Assembly: GCA_963765205.1 (NCBI GenBank)
Contig: CAVXVB010000011.1
Location: 64,001-128,000, forward strand
Direction of reading: 5' to 3'
Origin: an uncultured Verrucomicrobiae bacterium
GTDB taxonomy: Bacteria > Verrucomicrobiota > Verrucomicrobiia > Opitutales > JABDGR01
DNA: 64,000 bases
In this document: piece after piece, positions 9,819 through 19,893 of the stretch
Position numbering within the stretch: position 1 is the stretch's first letter
Layout: each line of letters starts with the position of its first letter
Made by a program: the position numbers and the translations under genes
The notes under the pieces: model-generated
What the model was told of the DNA's origin: nothing
Databases searched by the model: none
The model's input: the letters and a program-made list of their open reading frames with translations, nothing else

Positions 9819-10631
9819 ATGAGCCTCTTCAAGACCTTCATCAAAAAACCCCTCGGCTGCGCCTTCACGATTCTGGCCGGCCTCTTTCTGCTCCTGCTCG
9901 TCCTCGGCATCGTCGGGGTGGTGATCGTGGATCATTTCGCCGTGAGTATCGCCGCGCACGAATTACAGCAGCGCACGGGCTTCACCCTGACCGCCGGCCA
10001 GCAGGACATCAGCGCCCTCTCCGGCGCGGTGGACTTGCATGACCTCGAAATTACCAACCCCGACCGCTTCGCCGCCAAGGATTTCCTTAAATTCAATGAG
10101 ATCAAAATCAAGGCCGAGCCGACCAGCCTGTTACATAAACGCATCATCGTGGATGAAGTCGTCGTGGATCTCGATTCCTTCGCCATGGTGCGCAACAAGG
10201 ACGGTTCGCTCAATCTTCTGGCCCTCAAAGACGGCCTGATGGGCCCCGCGCCCGCCACCCCCGCCGCGACCGGGACGAAATCTTCCAGCCCGGCTATCCC
10301 GCCGTTTACCGTACATTCCTTCACCCTCAAAATCAAGTCAGTCAAACTCATTGATTTCAAAAGCAACGGCGGCAAACCCCAGATCGTGAACGTCAATTAC
10401 AGCCGCACCTTTACCGACGTGGACGAGACGAATTACACCACGGCCGCCGTGCAAATTGGTCTCGATCTCAAAGGCGCCGGCTTTTCCTTCCTTGCCGATG
10501 CGCTGGCCAACGAATTGCTCGACCCCACCACCTACCTCGACGCCGCCAAGGGCATCGGCGGCGCGGTCCTCAACGGCGCGGGCACGCTTCTCAACGGCAC
10601 CGGCAGCCTGCTGAAGAAAATTGTTCCCTAA
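9819..10631 (+). CDS. AsmA-family-like membrane-anchored protein
   Basis: N-terminal TM; LEITNP..F, IIVDEVVVD, RNKDGSLNL pattern of AsmA N-terminal domains. Confidence 0.65.
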   Translation: MSLFKTFIKKPLGCAFTILAGLFLLLLVLGIVGVVIVDHFAVSIAAHELQQRTGFTLTAGQQDISALSGAVDLHDLEITNPDRFAAKDFLKFNEIKIKAEPTSLLHKRIIVDEVVVDLDSFAMVRNKDGSLNLLALKDGLMGPAPATPAATGTKSSSPAIPPFTVHSFTLKIKSVKLIDFKSNGGKPQIVNVNYSRTFTDVDETNYTTAAVQIGLDLKGAGFSFLADALANELLDPTTYLDAAKGIGGAVLNGAGTLLNGTGSLLKKIVP

Positions 10632-10649
10632 ACTCCACAAGCGTGACCG

Positions 10650-11873
10650 ATGAGCAGCGTTCCCCCATCCCCCGCCGTCGGGCCTGAGCTATTGGCCGGC
10701 GTGGTTGACAACCTCTACACGGCCATTTCTCTTAAAGGGCCGGTGCGCGCAGACGGCCGAATCGTGGATTTTCAGTGGACCTTCGTCAACCGCTCCTATG
10801 AGGAGCACATTCAAGTCACGCGTGAGGAAATCTGCGGCCAGCGCTTGCTCGAACGTTTTCCCGGTTTGCGCGCATCCGGCCTGTTCGACAAGTTCGTCCA
10901 GGTGGTCGAAACCGGCGAACCCTTCGACATCGAACACCATATCCTGCACGATGGCTTGGATTTGCACATCCGGCTCGTCGCGAAAAAATTCGGCGACAGC
11001 CTTCTCACCTCCTTTCATGACATTGCCCGGCGCAAACGCAGCGAGACCGAGCTGAAACGCGTCAACACCGAACTCGAACAACGCGTCGAGGCCCGCACGG
11101 CCGAGCTGCGCCACGCCCAGGAGCGCCTGGAAATCGCCCTCGCCGCCGCCCAGCAAAGCAACCACGCCAAGAGCGAGTTCCTCGCCATGGTCTCCCACGA
11201 TTTGCGCAGCCCGCTCGCGGCCATCCAGGGCTATGTGGGCCTGCTCATCAGCGAGGGCCTGACCCCCGACCAGGTCGAGCAACTCCGCGTCATTGACAGT
11301 TGTGCCGAAGGCCTCCTGCACCTGCTGGACAACTTGCTCCAGTTTTCGCGCCTCGAGGCCGGCCAGTTCCAGCTCGAAAACGAGCCGTTTTTGCTGCCCG
11401 CGTTGTTTGACGAAGTGCTCGCCATTTTCCGCCCCGCCGCCCACCAGAAAAACATCGCGCTGCACGTCGAGACCGATCCCGACCTCCCGCCCATCGTCGT
11501 GGGCGACGCCGCGCAACTGCGCCGCATTCTCACCAACCTCGTCGGCAACGCCCTCAAGTTCACCGACCACGGCGAAATCGTGGTCCGCGCCCGCGTCACC
11601 CCGCTCGCACCGCCTTCGGCTGGTTGGACTTTCCATGGCGAAATCACCGACACCGGTCGCGGCCTCGACCCCGCCCTCGCCCGCCACCTCTTCCAGCCCT
11701 ACACCCAAGGCGCGGCCACCCCGCACCACACCCCCAGCGGCGTCGGCCTTGGCCTGGCCATCTGCCGCCGCCTCTGCGAATTGATGGGCGGCGACATCAC
11801 TTACGCAAGCGTCCCCGGCCATGGCAGCCGCTTTGCCTTCACCATCCAAATCGGCGCGCCACCCCCGGATTGA
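10650..11873 (+). CDS. Cytoplasmic PAS-domain sensor histidine kinase
   Basis: PAS-like N-terminus; H-box FLAMVSHDLRSPL, N-box NLVGNALKFT, DTGRG, GVGLGLAI. Confidence 0.92.
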   Translation: MSSVPPSPAVGPELLAGVVDNLYTAISLKGPVRADGRIVDFQWTFVNRSYEEHIQVTREEICGQRLLERFPGLRASGLFDKFVQVVETGEPFDIEHHILHDGLDLHIRLVAKKFGDSLLTSFHDIARRKRSETELKRVNTELEQRVEARTAELRHAQERLEIALAAAQQSNHAKSEFLAMVSHDLRSPLAAIQGYVGLLISEGLTPDQVEQLRVIDSCAEGLLHLLDNLLQFSRLEAGQFQLENEPFLLPALFDEVLAIFRPAAHQKNIALHVETDPDLPPIVVGDAAQLRRILTNLVGNALKFTDHGEIVVRARVTPLAPPSAGWTFHGEITDTGRGLDPALARHLFQPYTQGAATPHHTPSGVGLGLAICRRLCELMGGDITYASVPGHGSRFAFTIQIGAPPPD

Positions 11874-11956
11874 TAATCCAGGCAAAAGCAAAATTCCCGA
11901 CTGCTGAAATTCTCAATTTGAGCGACAAACCCCAAGGGCTAACGACATCATGGCCT

Positions 11957-12643
11957 TCACCCCTTTGTTCCTTTGCTCCTTTGCTCCTCGGCGCCTTGCC
12001 CCAACGCCCATTCCACCGCCTCTTCCAGCGAACCCACCAGCGGCACCCCGCGGCTGCCCAGCCGCTCCGGGTGCATATGCCCGTGGTGCAGCAACAGGCA
12101 ATCCGCGCCCAGCGCCGCCGCCACTTCGTGGTCGTGTGCGGTGTCGCCAATCAGCAGCACTGTGTGCGCCGCTTCGTGCAGCTCCAGCGCGCGCAGGTGG
12201 GCGTGGCCGCGTGCGACCTTGCCGTCCGCGCGGATGTTGTCCAGCCCGCTTAGCCGCGTGAAGTATGCGGTCAACCCGTAGTGCGCGACCACCTCGCGCA
12301 GCGTGTCCTCCTGATACGCCGACAGCACGGATTGTTCGACCCCCGCCGCCCGCAGCCGTGCCAGCGCCGCGCGCGCGCCGGGCTGCAAATGACATTCGTA
12401 ACGCCGCCGGTTGTAGGCCGCGATGTAGCGCTCGCTCACGTCCGCGAAGGAGTGCGTTTTAAAATCAAACCCCCGCCGTTCGTAAAAGCCCATCACCGGA
12501 AAGCTGAAGTCCGCGCGGTATTCATCCACCGTCAGCGGGCGCAAGCCGGCGTCGTGCAGCAGGTCGTTCAGGATTTCGACGCACAACCACGCGTCGTCCA
12601 GCAGCGTGCCGTTCCAATCCCAGATGACGTGGCGGTGGCGCAT
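11957..12643 (-). CDS. HAD-family hydrolase (phosphoglycolate phosphatase-like)
   Basis: WDWNGTLLDD motif I; LIGDTAHD motif IV. Confidence 0.9.
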   Translation of the reverse strand: MRHRHVIWDWNGTLLDDAWLCVEILNDLLHDAGLRPLTVDEYRADFSFPVMGFYERRGFDFKTHSFADVSERYIAAYNRRRYECHLQPGARAALARLRAAGVEQSVLSAYQEDTLREVVAHYGLTAYFTRLSGLDNIRADGKVARGHAHLRALELHEAAHTVLLIGDTAHDHEVAAALGADCLLLHHGHMHPERLGSRGVPLVGSLEEAVEWALGQGAEEQRSKGTKG

Positions 12644-12649
12644 GGCGCG

Positions 12650-13171
12650 TCAGTCCATCCGCTCGGGGTGGCGGGAGAAATACACGACCGGCGCCTGCAT
12701 CAGCGCCAGGAACACGAGCGCGCAATTGAGCACCGGGAATGGCAGCCGGGGGCCGGTGTCGTCGGTGTAAACATACAGCGATGTTTCCGCCGCCGCCGGC
12801 GGCGCGGCGGGGTTCGCGTTCTCGACGTAAAGGTTTGCCACATACAACACGTCAAACACCAGCACGAAAACAAACAGCACCGCCGTCACGACTAAAAGCG
12901 CCAGCAACCGCCGCCACAGCCAAGCCGACCGCACCCGCGCATAGGGAAAAACCAGCAGCACCCCAAAACCAACATCAAACACCGCCTCAATTTTCGCCCA
13001 AAACGGCCCGACCCCCATCCAGCGCGCCAAACTCAGCGGCCCCCAGGCCAGCAGAAAAACCCCCACGCCCACGCCCAGCGCGCGCGCCAGCGCCAGTTCC
13101 GCCCGCCGATGCGCCACCAGCGTCGGCCCCTGCAACGGCAGGGCAGGGGAGGTTGGCATCGCGGAAGACAT
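12650..13171 (-). CDS. Hypothetical integral membrane protein
   Basis: About four hydrophobic helices; ends 6 bp before the HAD gene. Confidence 0.7.
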   Translation of the reverse strand: MSSAMPTSPALPLQGPTLVAHRRAELALARALGVGVGVFLLAWGPLSLARWMGVGPFWAKIEAVFDVGFGVLLVFPYARVRSAWLWRRLLALLVVTAVLFVFVLVFDVLYVANLYVENANPAAPPAAAETSLYVYTDDTGPRLPFPVLNCALVFLALMQAPVVYFSRHPERMD

Positions 13172-13198
13172 GGGAGGGAAAGGCTAGACCCTAAAGAG

Positions 13199-13402
13199 TC
13201 AACATTCAACGCTTAACGTTTAACGCTGAACGCTCAAGTAAGATCGAAGTTGTGACCTATGGCGCATGGTTGCTGCCGTTCACCACATAAAAATCTGCCG
13301 CATTACTCGTATACTTTTCCCATTTTGCTTTTTGCATTCTATGTTTTATGTTCTCCATTCTTCCCTTGAGCGTTAAGCGTTAAGCCTTAAACGTTGAGCG
13401 TT
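13199..13402. repeat. Inverted pair of heptamer tracts (arms 13199-13239 and 13365-13402)
   Basis: Arms are reverse complements at about 33 of 39 positions by manual alignment and enclose an AT-rich spacer. Confidence 0.85.
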
Positions 13403-13406
13403 GCCC

Positions 13407-14036
13407 ATGCTTCTCTCCGCCGCCCGCTTCTACGCCATCCTTGATACGGGTTACGCGCCGCCCCACCGCCTCCCGGAACTTTGCCGCGCCGTGCTCGCAG
13501 GCGGCGCGGATGTCGTGCAACTGCGCGCCAAAGACGCCACCACCGCCCAGCGCGTCGAAATGCTCACCCGCCTCGCCCCGCTCTGCACCGCCGCCGGCGT
13601 GCCTCTGGTTTGCAATGACGACCTCGCGGCTGCGCTCGCCCTCCCCGGCGTCGGTTTGCACGTCGGGCAGGACGACCTCGCCCCGCGCGCCGCCCGCGCC
13701 GCCCTCGGCCCGGAGCGCGTGCTCGGCCTTTCGACCCATTCGCTCCCCCAAGCCCGGGCCGCGCTCGCCCTCGGCGGGGTGTTGACTTATTTCGCCGTCG
13801 GCCCGGTTTTCCCGACCGGCACCAAGCCCGATTACCCGGCGGTCGGCCTCGACCTCGTGCGCGCCGTCGCCGCGTTGGCCCCCAGGTTGCCTTGGTTCTG
13901 CATCGGCGGAATCAACCTAGAAAGCGCCGCGCGAGTCCGCGCCGCCGGCGCGCCCGCCTTCGTCGCCGTCTCGGCTGTGTTGCGCGCCCTGGACCCGGAA
14001 AAAATGGTCCGCGAATTGCGGGCGATTATGGAATGA
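13407..14036 (+). CDS. thiE: Thiamine-phosphate synthase
   Basis: VVQLRAK, CNDD, GLHVGQDD, GLSTHS, GPVFPTGTK, IGGI. Confidence 0.95.
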   Translation: MLLSAARFYAILDTGYAPPHRLPELCRAVLAGGADVVQLRAKDATTAQRVEMLTRLAPLCTAAGVPLVCNDDLAAALALPGVGLHVGQDDLAPRAARAALGPERVLGLSTHSLPQARAALALGGVLTYFAVGPVFPTGTKPDYPAVGLDLVRAVAALAPRLPWFCIGGINLESAARVRAAGAPAFVAVSAVLRALDPEKMVRELRAIME

Positions 14037-14039
14037 GAC

Positions 14040-14945
14040 TCACCGCACAAACACCAAATCGCACCATTCTCCCAGCACGCGACAATCGCCAAAACCAGCC
14101 AGCTCGTCCACCAAGTTGCGCTGCCACAACTTCGCCAGCACCGGGGCAAACGCTGCCCGCACATTCTGGACTTCGGCGGCCAGAATGCCGCTCATCGCCA
14201 GTGTTCCGCCCGGCGCCATCGCCCCCGCCAATTCATCTGCGTGCAACGCCAGCACGTCCGCCTGAATGTTGGCCAGCAGCAAATCCGCCTGCCGCCCGCG
14301 CAGCGCCGCCTCAATCCCCGCGTTCATAAATTCAATGGCGTCCTCCGCCAATCCGTTTGCCGCCAGATTTTCGCGCGAGACCGCAATCGCCTCCGGGTCG
14401 CGGTCAAAGGCCAAAACATTTTTCCCGCCCAGCAGCGCCGCCGACAGCGCGAGAATGCCGGAGCCGCACCCGGCGTCCACCACCCGCGCCATGGCAAACT
14501 TTTCCGGCCCGCACGCCGCCCGAAAATCCAGCAGCCGTTGCGCCATCAGCCGCGTTGTCGGGTGGTCGCCCGTCCCGAAGGCCAGCCCCGCGTCGAACAG
14601 CAGCCGCGTGTGGCCCGCCGGCAGCGCGTATTCGTCCTTCAGCCACACCGGCACCCAATGCAAATCGCCCGCCGCCCACGGTCGCAGATGCGCCTTGTAA
14701 GCCTCTTTCCAGTCGCGGTCGTCCAGCGCGGTTTCCTGAGGATGCTCTGGCAGCGCCGGAAACGCCGTGCGCAACTCCGCCCAGGCCGCGCGCGCTCCGT
14801 CGTCGTCGCCAAAAAATCCCATCAGGTGGAAAACCGCGCCCGTGGCATCCACGTCCAACACCCAGGGGCAGCGGGTCAGCCCGTTGCACCACTCTTCGAG
14901 GGCTTCGACCTGCGGCGCGGCAACTGCGGTGCGTAATTCAATCAT
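14040..14945 (-). CDS. prmA: Ribosomal protein L11 methyltransferase
   Basis: DWKEAYK, DAGLAFGTGDHPTT, VDAGCGSGIL, ANI, MSGIL. Confidence 0.93.
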   Translation of the reverse strand: MIELRTAVAAPQVEALEEWCNGLTRCPWVLDVDATGAVFHLMGFFGDDDGARAAWAELRTAFPALPEHPQETALDDRDWKEAYKAHLRPWAAGDLHWVPVWLKDEYALPAGHTRLLFDAGLAFGTGDHPTTRLMAQRLLDFRAACGPEKFAMARVVDAGCGSGILALSAALLGGKNVLAFDRDPEAIAVSRENLAANGLAEDAIEFMNAGIEAALRGRQADLLLANIQADVLALHADELAGAMAPGGTLAMSGILAAEVQNVRAAFAPVLAKLWQRNLVDELAGFGDCRVLGEWCDLVFVR

Positions 14946-15535
14946 AAAAATTTACCCATTGATAAATCAGCGATCACCCCCGGCAGCAGTGCGTGCTCCG
15001 CGGCGTGCACTTTGGCCTCCAGCGTTTCCAGCGTGTCGCTCGGCGCAATCGCAACGGTCGCCTGGCGCAGAATCCGGCCGCCGTCCACTGTCGCGGTGAC
15101 TTCATGCACCGTACAGCCCGTCGCGGGCACGCGCGCCTCGCAGGCCTGCCGGATGGCCTCCAGCCCCGGGAACGCCGGCAGCAAACTCGGATGCAGGTTA
15201 ATGATCTGGCCCGCGAAGGCCCGCAAAAACTCCGCCTTGAGCACGCGCATGAAACCCGCCAGCACCACCAAGTCCGCCCCCCACGCGCGAATTTGCGCGA
15301 TGTAGCGCTCCTCCGCCGGGCCTTCCAGCTTGGTCTTGAACGGCGCGGGGTCGAGATACAACGCCGGCACGCCGTAGCGCGGCCCCAGTTCCAAAATCCG
15401 CGCCCCCGGCTGGTCGCACAAAATACCGGCCACTTGCGCCCGCCCCAGCCGCCCGGCGCGCTGCGCCGCCAGCACGGCCTCGGCGTTGCTGCCGCGCCCG
15501 GAACCCAGCAGGACGACGTTAAACGGAGATGACAA
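14942..15535 (-). CDS. purN: Phosphoribosylglycinamide formyltransferase
   Basis: LGSGRGSN, LAGFMRVL, INLHPSLLPAFPG, TGCTVH, EH. TTG 15535 is the probable start; the longer ORF reads through a repeat tract. Confidence 0.93.
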   Translation of the reverse strand: MSSPFNVVLLGSGRGSNAEAVLAAQRAGRLGRAQVAGILCDQPGARILELGPRYGVPALYLDPAPFKTKLEGPAEERYIAQIRAWGADLVVLAGFMRVLKAEFLRAFAGQIINLHPSLLPAFPGLEAIRQACEARVPATGCTVHEVTATVDGGRILRQATVAIAPSDTLETLEAKVHAAEHALLPGVIADLSMGKFL

Positions 15536-15539
15536 AATT

Positions 15540-15572
15540 TGTTTCGAGTTTCGAGTTTCGAGTTTCGAGTTT
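15540..15572. repeat. Heptamer tract (GAGTTTC)n, i.e. GAAACTC on the purN sense strand
   Basis: GTTTCGAGTTTCGAGTTTCGAGTTTCGAGTTT; same unit as the in-frame tracts inside cheA. Confidence 0.9.
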
Positions 15573-15808
15573 TGCCCATCCCATGGCAAGCGAAAGCGCG
15601 CCAAATTTCTGATTGCTGAATTCCCGCTCCCATGCTTGGGCCATTCTTTCAAACCGCCTCAATCCGAAACGCGGGCTAAAGTACCGCGCTGCGAAATGCC
15701 GGATTCCAACACCAAACTACGCACAACCGATTTTTCACGAAATCCGCCGCCGGGAACCTTTCCCGCTTCGGCATTGTCTTGCATGAAACAACCCCCCATA
15801 ATGGCATC

Positions 15809-16504
15809 ATGGACTTTTCGCCCGCCCGCGTCCTGCTCATTCCCCTTGCCGGGGCCTTGCTCCTCGGCGCGGGCTTCTGGGGTGTTTACGCCGCCCAGAC
15901 TTCCACCCCGCCGCCCGCCCCCGCCAACGCCACCACCCTCGCCATGACCAGCGCCAACCCCACCGCCGCCTGCCCGCCCGACGGCCTTTCCGCCTGCGGC
16001 CTCCCCTCCAACGTCGTCATTGACATGGCCAAAGCCACCGTCCAGCGCACCGACGCCCAGTGGCGCAAACTCCTCACCCCCGATCAATACAACGTCGCCC
16101 GCCAGCAAGGCACCGAGCCGCCCTTCCAAAACGCGTATTGGGACAACCACGCCGACGGCGTCTATTTCTCCATCGGCAGCGACACCCCCCTCTTCGACAG
16201 CCGCGACAAATTTGACAGCGGCACCGGCTGGCCCAGCTTCACCAAGCCCCTCGACCCCGCCTTCGTCGCCGTCACCAAGGACACCAGCTACGGCATGGTC
16301 CGCAACGAAGTCCATTGCACGGTGGACGGCGACCACCTCGGCCACGTCTTCGACGACGGCCCCCCCGACAAAGGCGGCCTGCGCTACTGCATCAACTCCG
16401 CCTCGTTAAAATTCATGCCCCGCGCCGAATACACCCTCTGGCTCGCCGCCCATACCCCCGCCGCCGCGTCAGCCACTGCGAGCGCCCCGCCCGCCAAGAA
16501 ATAG
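15809..16504 (+). CDS. msrB: Exported peptide-methionine (R)-S-oxide reductase
   Basis: [37 protein letters not shown]; hydrophobic N-terminal signal/anchor. Confidence 0.95.
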   Translation: MDFSPARVLLIPLAGALLLGAGFWGVYAAQTSTPPPAPANATTLAMTSANPTAACPPDGLSACGLPSNVVIDMAKATVQRTDAQWRKLLTPDQYNVARQQGTEPPFQNAYWDNHADGVYFSIGSDTPLFDSRDKFDSGTGWPSFTKPLDPAFVAVTKDTSYGMVRNEVHCTVDGDHLGHVFDDGPPDKGGLRYCINSASLKFMPRAEYTLWLAAHTPAAASATASAPPAKK

Positions 16505-16506
16505 CT

Positions 16507-16533
16507 GTAGGGGCGTCGCTCGCCGACGACCCT
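16507..16533. repeat. GTAG-type REP-like hairpin
   Basis: GTAG followed by an imperfect palindrome GGGCGTCG-CTCGC-CGACGACCC just after the msrB stop. Confidence 0.5.
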
Positions 16534-16543
16534 GATCGAGCTT

Positions 16544-16675
16544 TTCACCGCTAAGGCGCCAAGGTCGCCAAGAATAAATTCGGTCAATTTTGTCCACCCA
16601 GGCGCGAAGTGCCGGGAGTGATTCTGTCCCAAAACCCCCCTCTGCCCTTCGCGCCTTAGCGGTGAATTGCCTTGG
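16544..16675. repeat. Palindromic MITE/REP-like element, copy 1
   Basis: TTCACCGCTAAGGCG...CGCCTTAGCGGTGAA 15-bp perfect inverted repeat, followed by TTGCCTTGG. Confidence 0.8.
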
Positions 16676-16820
16676 GCTTTCAAACCAACGCCGGGACAAC
16701 GAGGTCTTTTGCCTTTGACAGAACCCGCCAACCGGATTGTATTTGCTCCTACCCACGGCTGTTTGCGCCCCGGAATTTCTCCGCCCCCGCCCGCTCGCGC
16801 CACCCCTCGTCTGGCCTCCC

Positions 16821-19679
16821 ATGAGCTTGCTCCTGCCTCCTGCCGCCCAATTCGGTAGAAGAATATGGCGTGCGCTGAAAATAGTGCGGAACTGGGCCAT
16901 GGCATTTGTGATGGCCGGTTTGTTCTGGGCCGTCCCCGCATTCGGGCAAAATGTGTCATGGACAGGGAACACAAGCACCAACTGGAACACGGTGTCAAAT
17001 TGGAGTTCGGCCAGTGTGCCAGGATCCAGCAGCAATGTTACGGTTGACACGAGCAGTGGCAACCAGCCGGTTATAACGGGCGGAAATTACACCATCAGTA
17101 ACATGTATGTCGGCAATAAGGCAATGAGTGGTAATACTTCTCTTGTCGTTCAAAATGGAGCGATCTTAAACTTCGGGAACGGGGGCCTTGCCATTGGAGA
17201 AAGCAACGGGTCAATAGGAAACGTCACGGTTTCAGGTTCGAATTCAGCGATTAACCTCTCAACCATTTTAGAAGTGGGTTTTATGGGAACGGGAACCTTG
17301 ACGGTAAGTAACGGCGCCACGTTAAATACCGGTGGCGGCAATCCATATCTCGGATACAGCACGGGTGGCTATGGCACTTTGCTGGTCACGGGTAATGGCT
17401 CGAGTTTTATAAACACAAATTCATTCGGTATGTTTTTCGGCGGCGCGCAGGGAAGCGGAGGCGGGGGAAGTTTTACGGTTGCCAACGGTGCCAGCGCGTC
17501 CCTGACGGATATTCGTGTTACATCAGGTAACGCATCAACCTCCTATCTCACCGTCACCGGCGCAAACTCCCAGTTGGTGTTGAGTGATTCACTGCGCATT
17601 TTTGGGGAATATTCGCAAATTGTGTATACGGTATCGAATGGCGGCAATTTTACCTGTGGCAACATCTCCATTCAAAATGCCACAGTGACCGACCCAGGCT
17701 CGCTTTTTGCCATGGTAGGTCAGGCCTCTGTTAGTCCTGGCAATTTGACCATCGCCAATGGGGGAGAATTCATGGTCGAAGCGGGCGGTTCAGTTTCGCT
17801 CGATGGGACTGCTCCGGACAACGGCACTATAAATTTGAATGGCGGCACGCTGCAAGTCGGTGGTATAGACGGCATCGTGGCGAACAGCGCCAATTACGCC
17901 TTCAATTTTGGAGGGGGCACTTTGCAGGTGGCCGGCAGCGATCTCTCGGCTTCAATAAATGCGACCCTAATCGCCAACACCACTTCAACCATTGACACAA
18001 ACGGATTCAACGCTACTTGGTCGGGCCTCCTCGGTGGTGCCGGCGGAATCACGAAAATAGGGAACGGAACACTCACTCTGGATGGCCTAGACACCGAGAC
18101 CGGGAAAGTGACTATCAATGGCGGCACCATTTTCCTTGGCGATGCCAATGCCCTTGGCAACCCCGACATGCTCGCCGTCAATCTTGGTGCGCTTGATCTG
18201 AATTCCCAGAATATCACCGTAAGTTCGCTGTCGGGCAACTTCGGCGGTAACGGTCGTATCACTGACAGCAGTAGTGGCAACGGCACTACTACCGTAACAG
18301 TAAATGGCACTGTGGACTGCACCTATTCTGGCACTATTTCGAATGGCCCCAGCAAAACGGTGGAGTTAATCAAAGCCGGGACAAATAATCTGAGCATGGG
18401 CACGGCTCCGGATACTGTGGTCATTAACGGTGGGACGCTTACCCTAGGCTCGGAGACAAGCAATACAAGCAATATTACTGACAATTCTAATTTAGTATTT
18501 ATGCCGGAGGGCCATAACGCGATGATTCAAGGCTCGATTTCGGGCGGCGGCTCTTTGACGTTCAACTTAAGTCTAATGACTGGCGCCCTGTATTTTGAGG
18601 CCATCGACACGTTTACAGGCAATACAGCCATTAATGCCGGACAGATTGTTTTATACGATAACATCTCTTCGCTCGGCGGTAAAGTGGTTGACAATGGCAC
18701 CGTGAATATTTTTCAAGGCCAAGACGAGAGCTTTAATGGCGACATTTCCGGCAGCGGGGGCTTGGTTTACAGCGGCGCCAACCCCACGCCCACCGATGCC
18801 ACGCTTACCTTTTATGGCAATATCACTTATACCGGTAACACCCTCGTCGAAGGCGGCACCTTGAATTTCACTCAGGGCTTTACTGTCGCCAACGGTGCTA
18901 CTTTGTCGGGAAGCGGCAGCATTGACGGTGCGATTATAGTCAACGGCACATTAGGTCCAGGTTATGGCGGCGGGGTCGGCTCTCTGACATTCAGCCAGAA
19001 TTTAACCCTCGGCGGCACCGCAACCTTAAATCTGCAAATCGGCGGCACGACTCTCGGGACTCAATACAGCGCCATCAACGTCGCCGGCAATCTCATGCTC
19101 GGCGGCACGCTCGCGCTGACTTTTATCAACGGCTACACTCCCACGCCCGGAACGACTTTTAACTTTTTTCAGGTTGGTGGCGGAGTGACCGGGTCGTTTG
19201 CCAATGTCACCCTGCCGACGTTGAACAGCAACTTGGCGTGGGACACCTCCCAGCTTGCCGCCACCGGCAATATCTCCGCCTCGGCCATCAATTACACGCA
19301 ATGGACCGCCGTGGTCGGCCTGTCGGGCAACAACGCCCTGCCCGATGCCACGCCCTTCAACGGCGAGCCGGCGAACGTCATCCGCTATGCGATGAACCTC
19401 GACACCATCCCCGCGCCCAGCGGCGCACCCATCCTGTCCACCGCCACCCTCAGCGGCGCCAATTACCTGACCCTCCAATACCGCACGCGCAAGGACATGA
19501 GTGATTACCAGTTGGTGCCCCAGTCCTCGACTGATTTGCAAACTTGGACGGACGTGGATGCCGGTAACATCACGCAACTCCCCGATGCCGACGCCTACAC
19601 CGCGCAGTTCCAGGCCAGCGCCGCCCTCCCGGCCGACGGCCCCGTTTTCCTGCGCGTCGTGGCCGAGCCGCTGCCGTAA
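16821..19679 (+). CDS. Large secreted beta-helix protein with autotransporter-associated / PEP-CTERM-associated type repeats
   Basis: Signal peptide ending AFG/Q; Gly/Asn/Thr-rich repeats (GNVTVSGSNS, GTGTLTVSNG, ITKIGNGTLTL, TYTGNTLVEGGTL); C-terminal domain ending SSTDLQTW...FLRVVAEP. No recognisable autotransporter barrel. Confidence 0.85.
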   Translation: MSLLLPPAAQFGRRIWRALKIVRNWAMAFVMAGLFWAVPAFGQNVSWTGNTSTNWNTVSNWSSASVPGSSSNVTVDTSSGNQPVITGGNYTISNMYVGNKAMSGNTSLVVQNGAILNFGNGGLAIGESNGSIGNVTVSGSNSAINLSTILEVGFMGTGTLTVSNGATLNTGGGNPYLGYSTGGYGTLLVTGNGSSFINTNSFGMFFGGAQGSGGGGSFTVANGASASLTDIRVTSGNASTSYLTVTGANSQLVLSDSLRIFGEYSQIVYTVSNGGNFTCGNISIQNATVTDPGSLFAMVGQASVSPGNLTIANGGEFMVEAGGSVSLDGTAPDNGTINLNGGTLQVGGIDGIVANSANYAFNFGGGTLQVAGSDLSASINATLIANTTSTIDTNGFNATWSGLLGGAGGITKIGNGTLTLDGLDTETGKVTINGGTIFLGDANALGNPDMLAVNLGALDLNSQNITVSSLSGNFGGNGRITDSSSGNGTTTVTVNGTVDCTYSGTISNGPSKTVELIKAGTNNLSMGTAPDTVVINGGTLTLGSETSNTSNITDNSNLVFMPEGHNAMIQGSISGGGSLTFNLSLMTGALYFEAIDTFTGNTAINAGQIVLYDNISSLGGKVVDNGTVNIFQGQDESFNGDISGSGGLVYSGANPTPTDATLTFYGNITYTGNTLVEGGTLNFTQGFTVANGATLSGSGSIDGAIIVNGTLGPGYGGGVGSLTFSQNLTLGGTATLNLQIGGTTLGTQYSAINVAGNLMLGGTLALTFINGYTPTPGTTFNFFQVGGGVTGSFANVTLPTLNSNLAWDTSQLAATGNISASAINYTQWTAVVGLSGNNALPDATPFNGEPANVIRYAMNLDTIPAPSGAPILSTATLSGANYLTLQYRTRKDMSDYQLVPQSSTDLQTWTDVDAGNITQLPDADAYTAQFQASAALPADGPVFLRVVAEPLP

Positions 19680-19695
19680 TGGAGCGTTTACCAAT

Positions 19696-19808
19696 CCAAG
19701 GCAATTCACCGCCAAGATACGAAGGGCGCAAAGATTAAAGGCTGTTAATTTTGTCAAAAAAAAAAACTTCCTTTGCGCTCGTCGCGCCTTCGCGGTGCAT
19801 AGCCTTGG
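19696..19808. repeat. Palindromic MITE/REP-like element, copy 2
   Basis: CCAAGGCAATTCACCGC...GCGGTGCATAGCCTTGG; internal AATTTTGTC shared with copy 1. Confidence 0.8.
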
Positions 19809-19893
19809 AAGCGCAAAGCCCCCCACATAAAGCGCCCCACCGCGATTTTTCGCATCGCCCTCGGGCGGTTCCTTCGTTCTATAATGGGGGTTC

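Noticed and set aside
13240..13400. TPP riboswitch upstream of thiE
   Set aside because: Conserved CUGAGA and associated TPP aptamer motifs not found.
15536..15652. N-terminal extension of purN
   Set aside because: It translates the heptamer tract; homology starts at about FNVVLLGSG.
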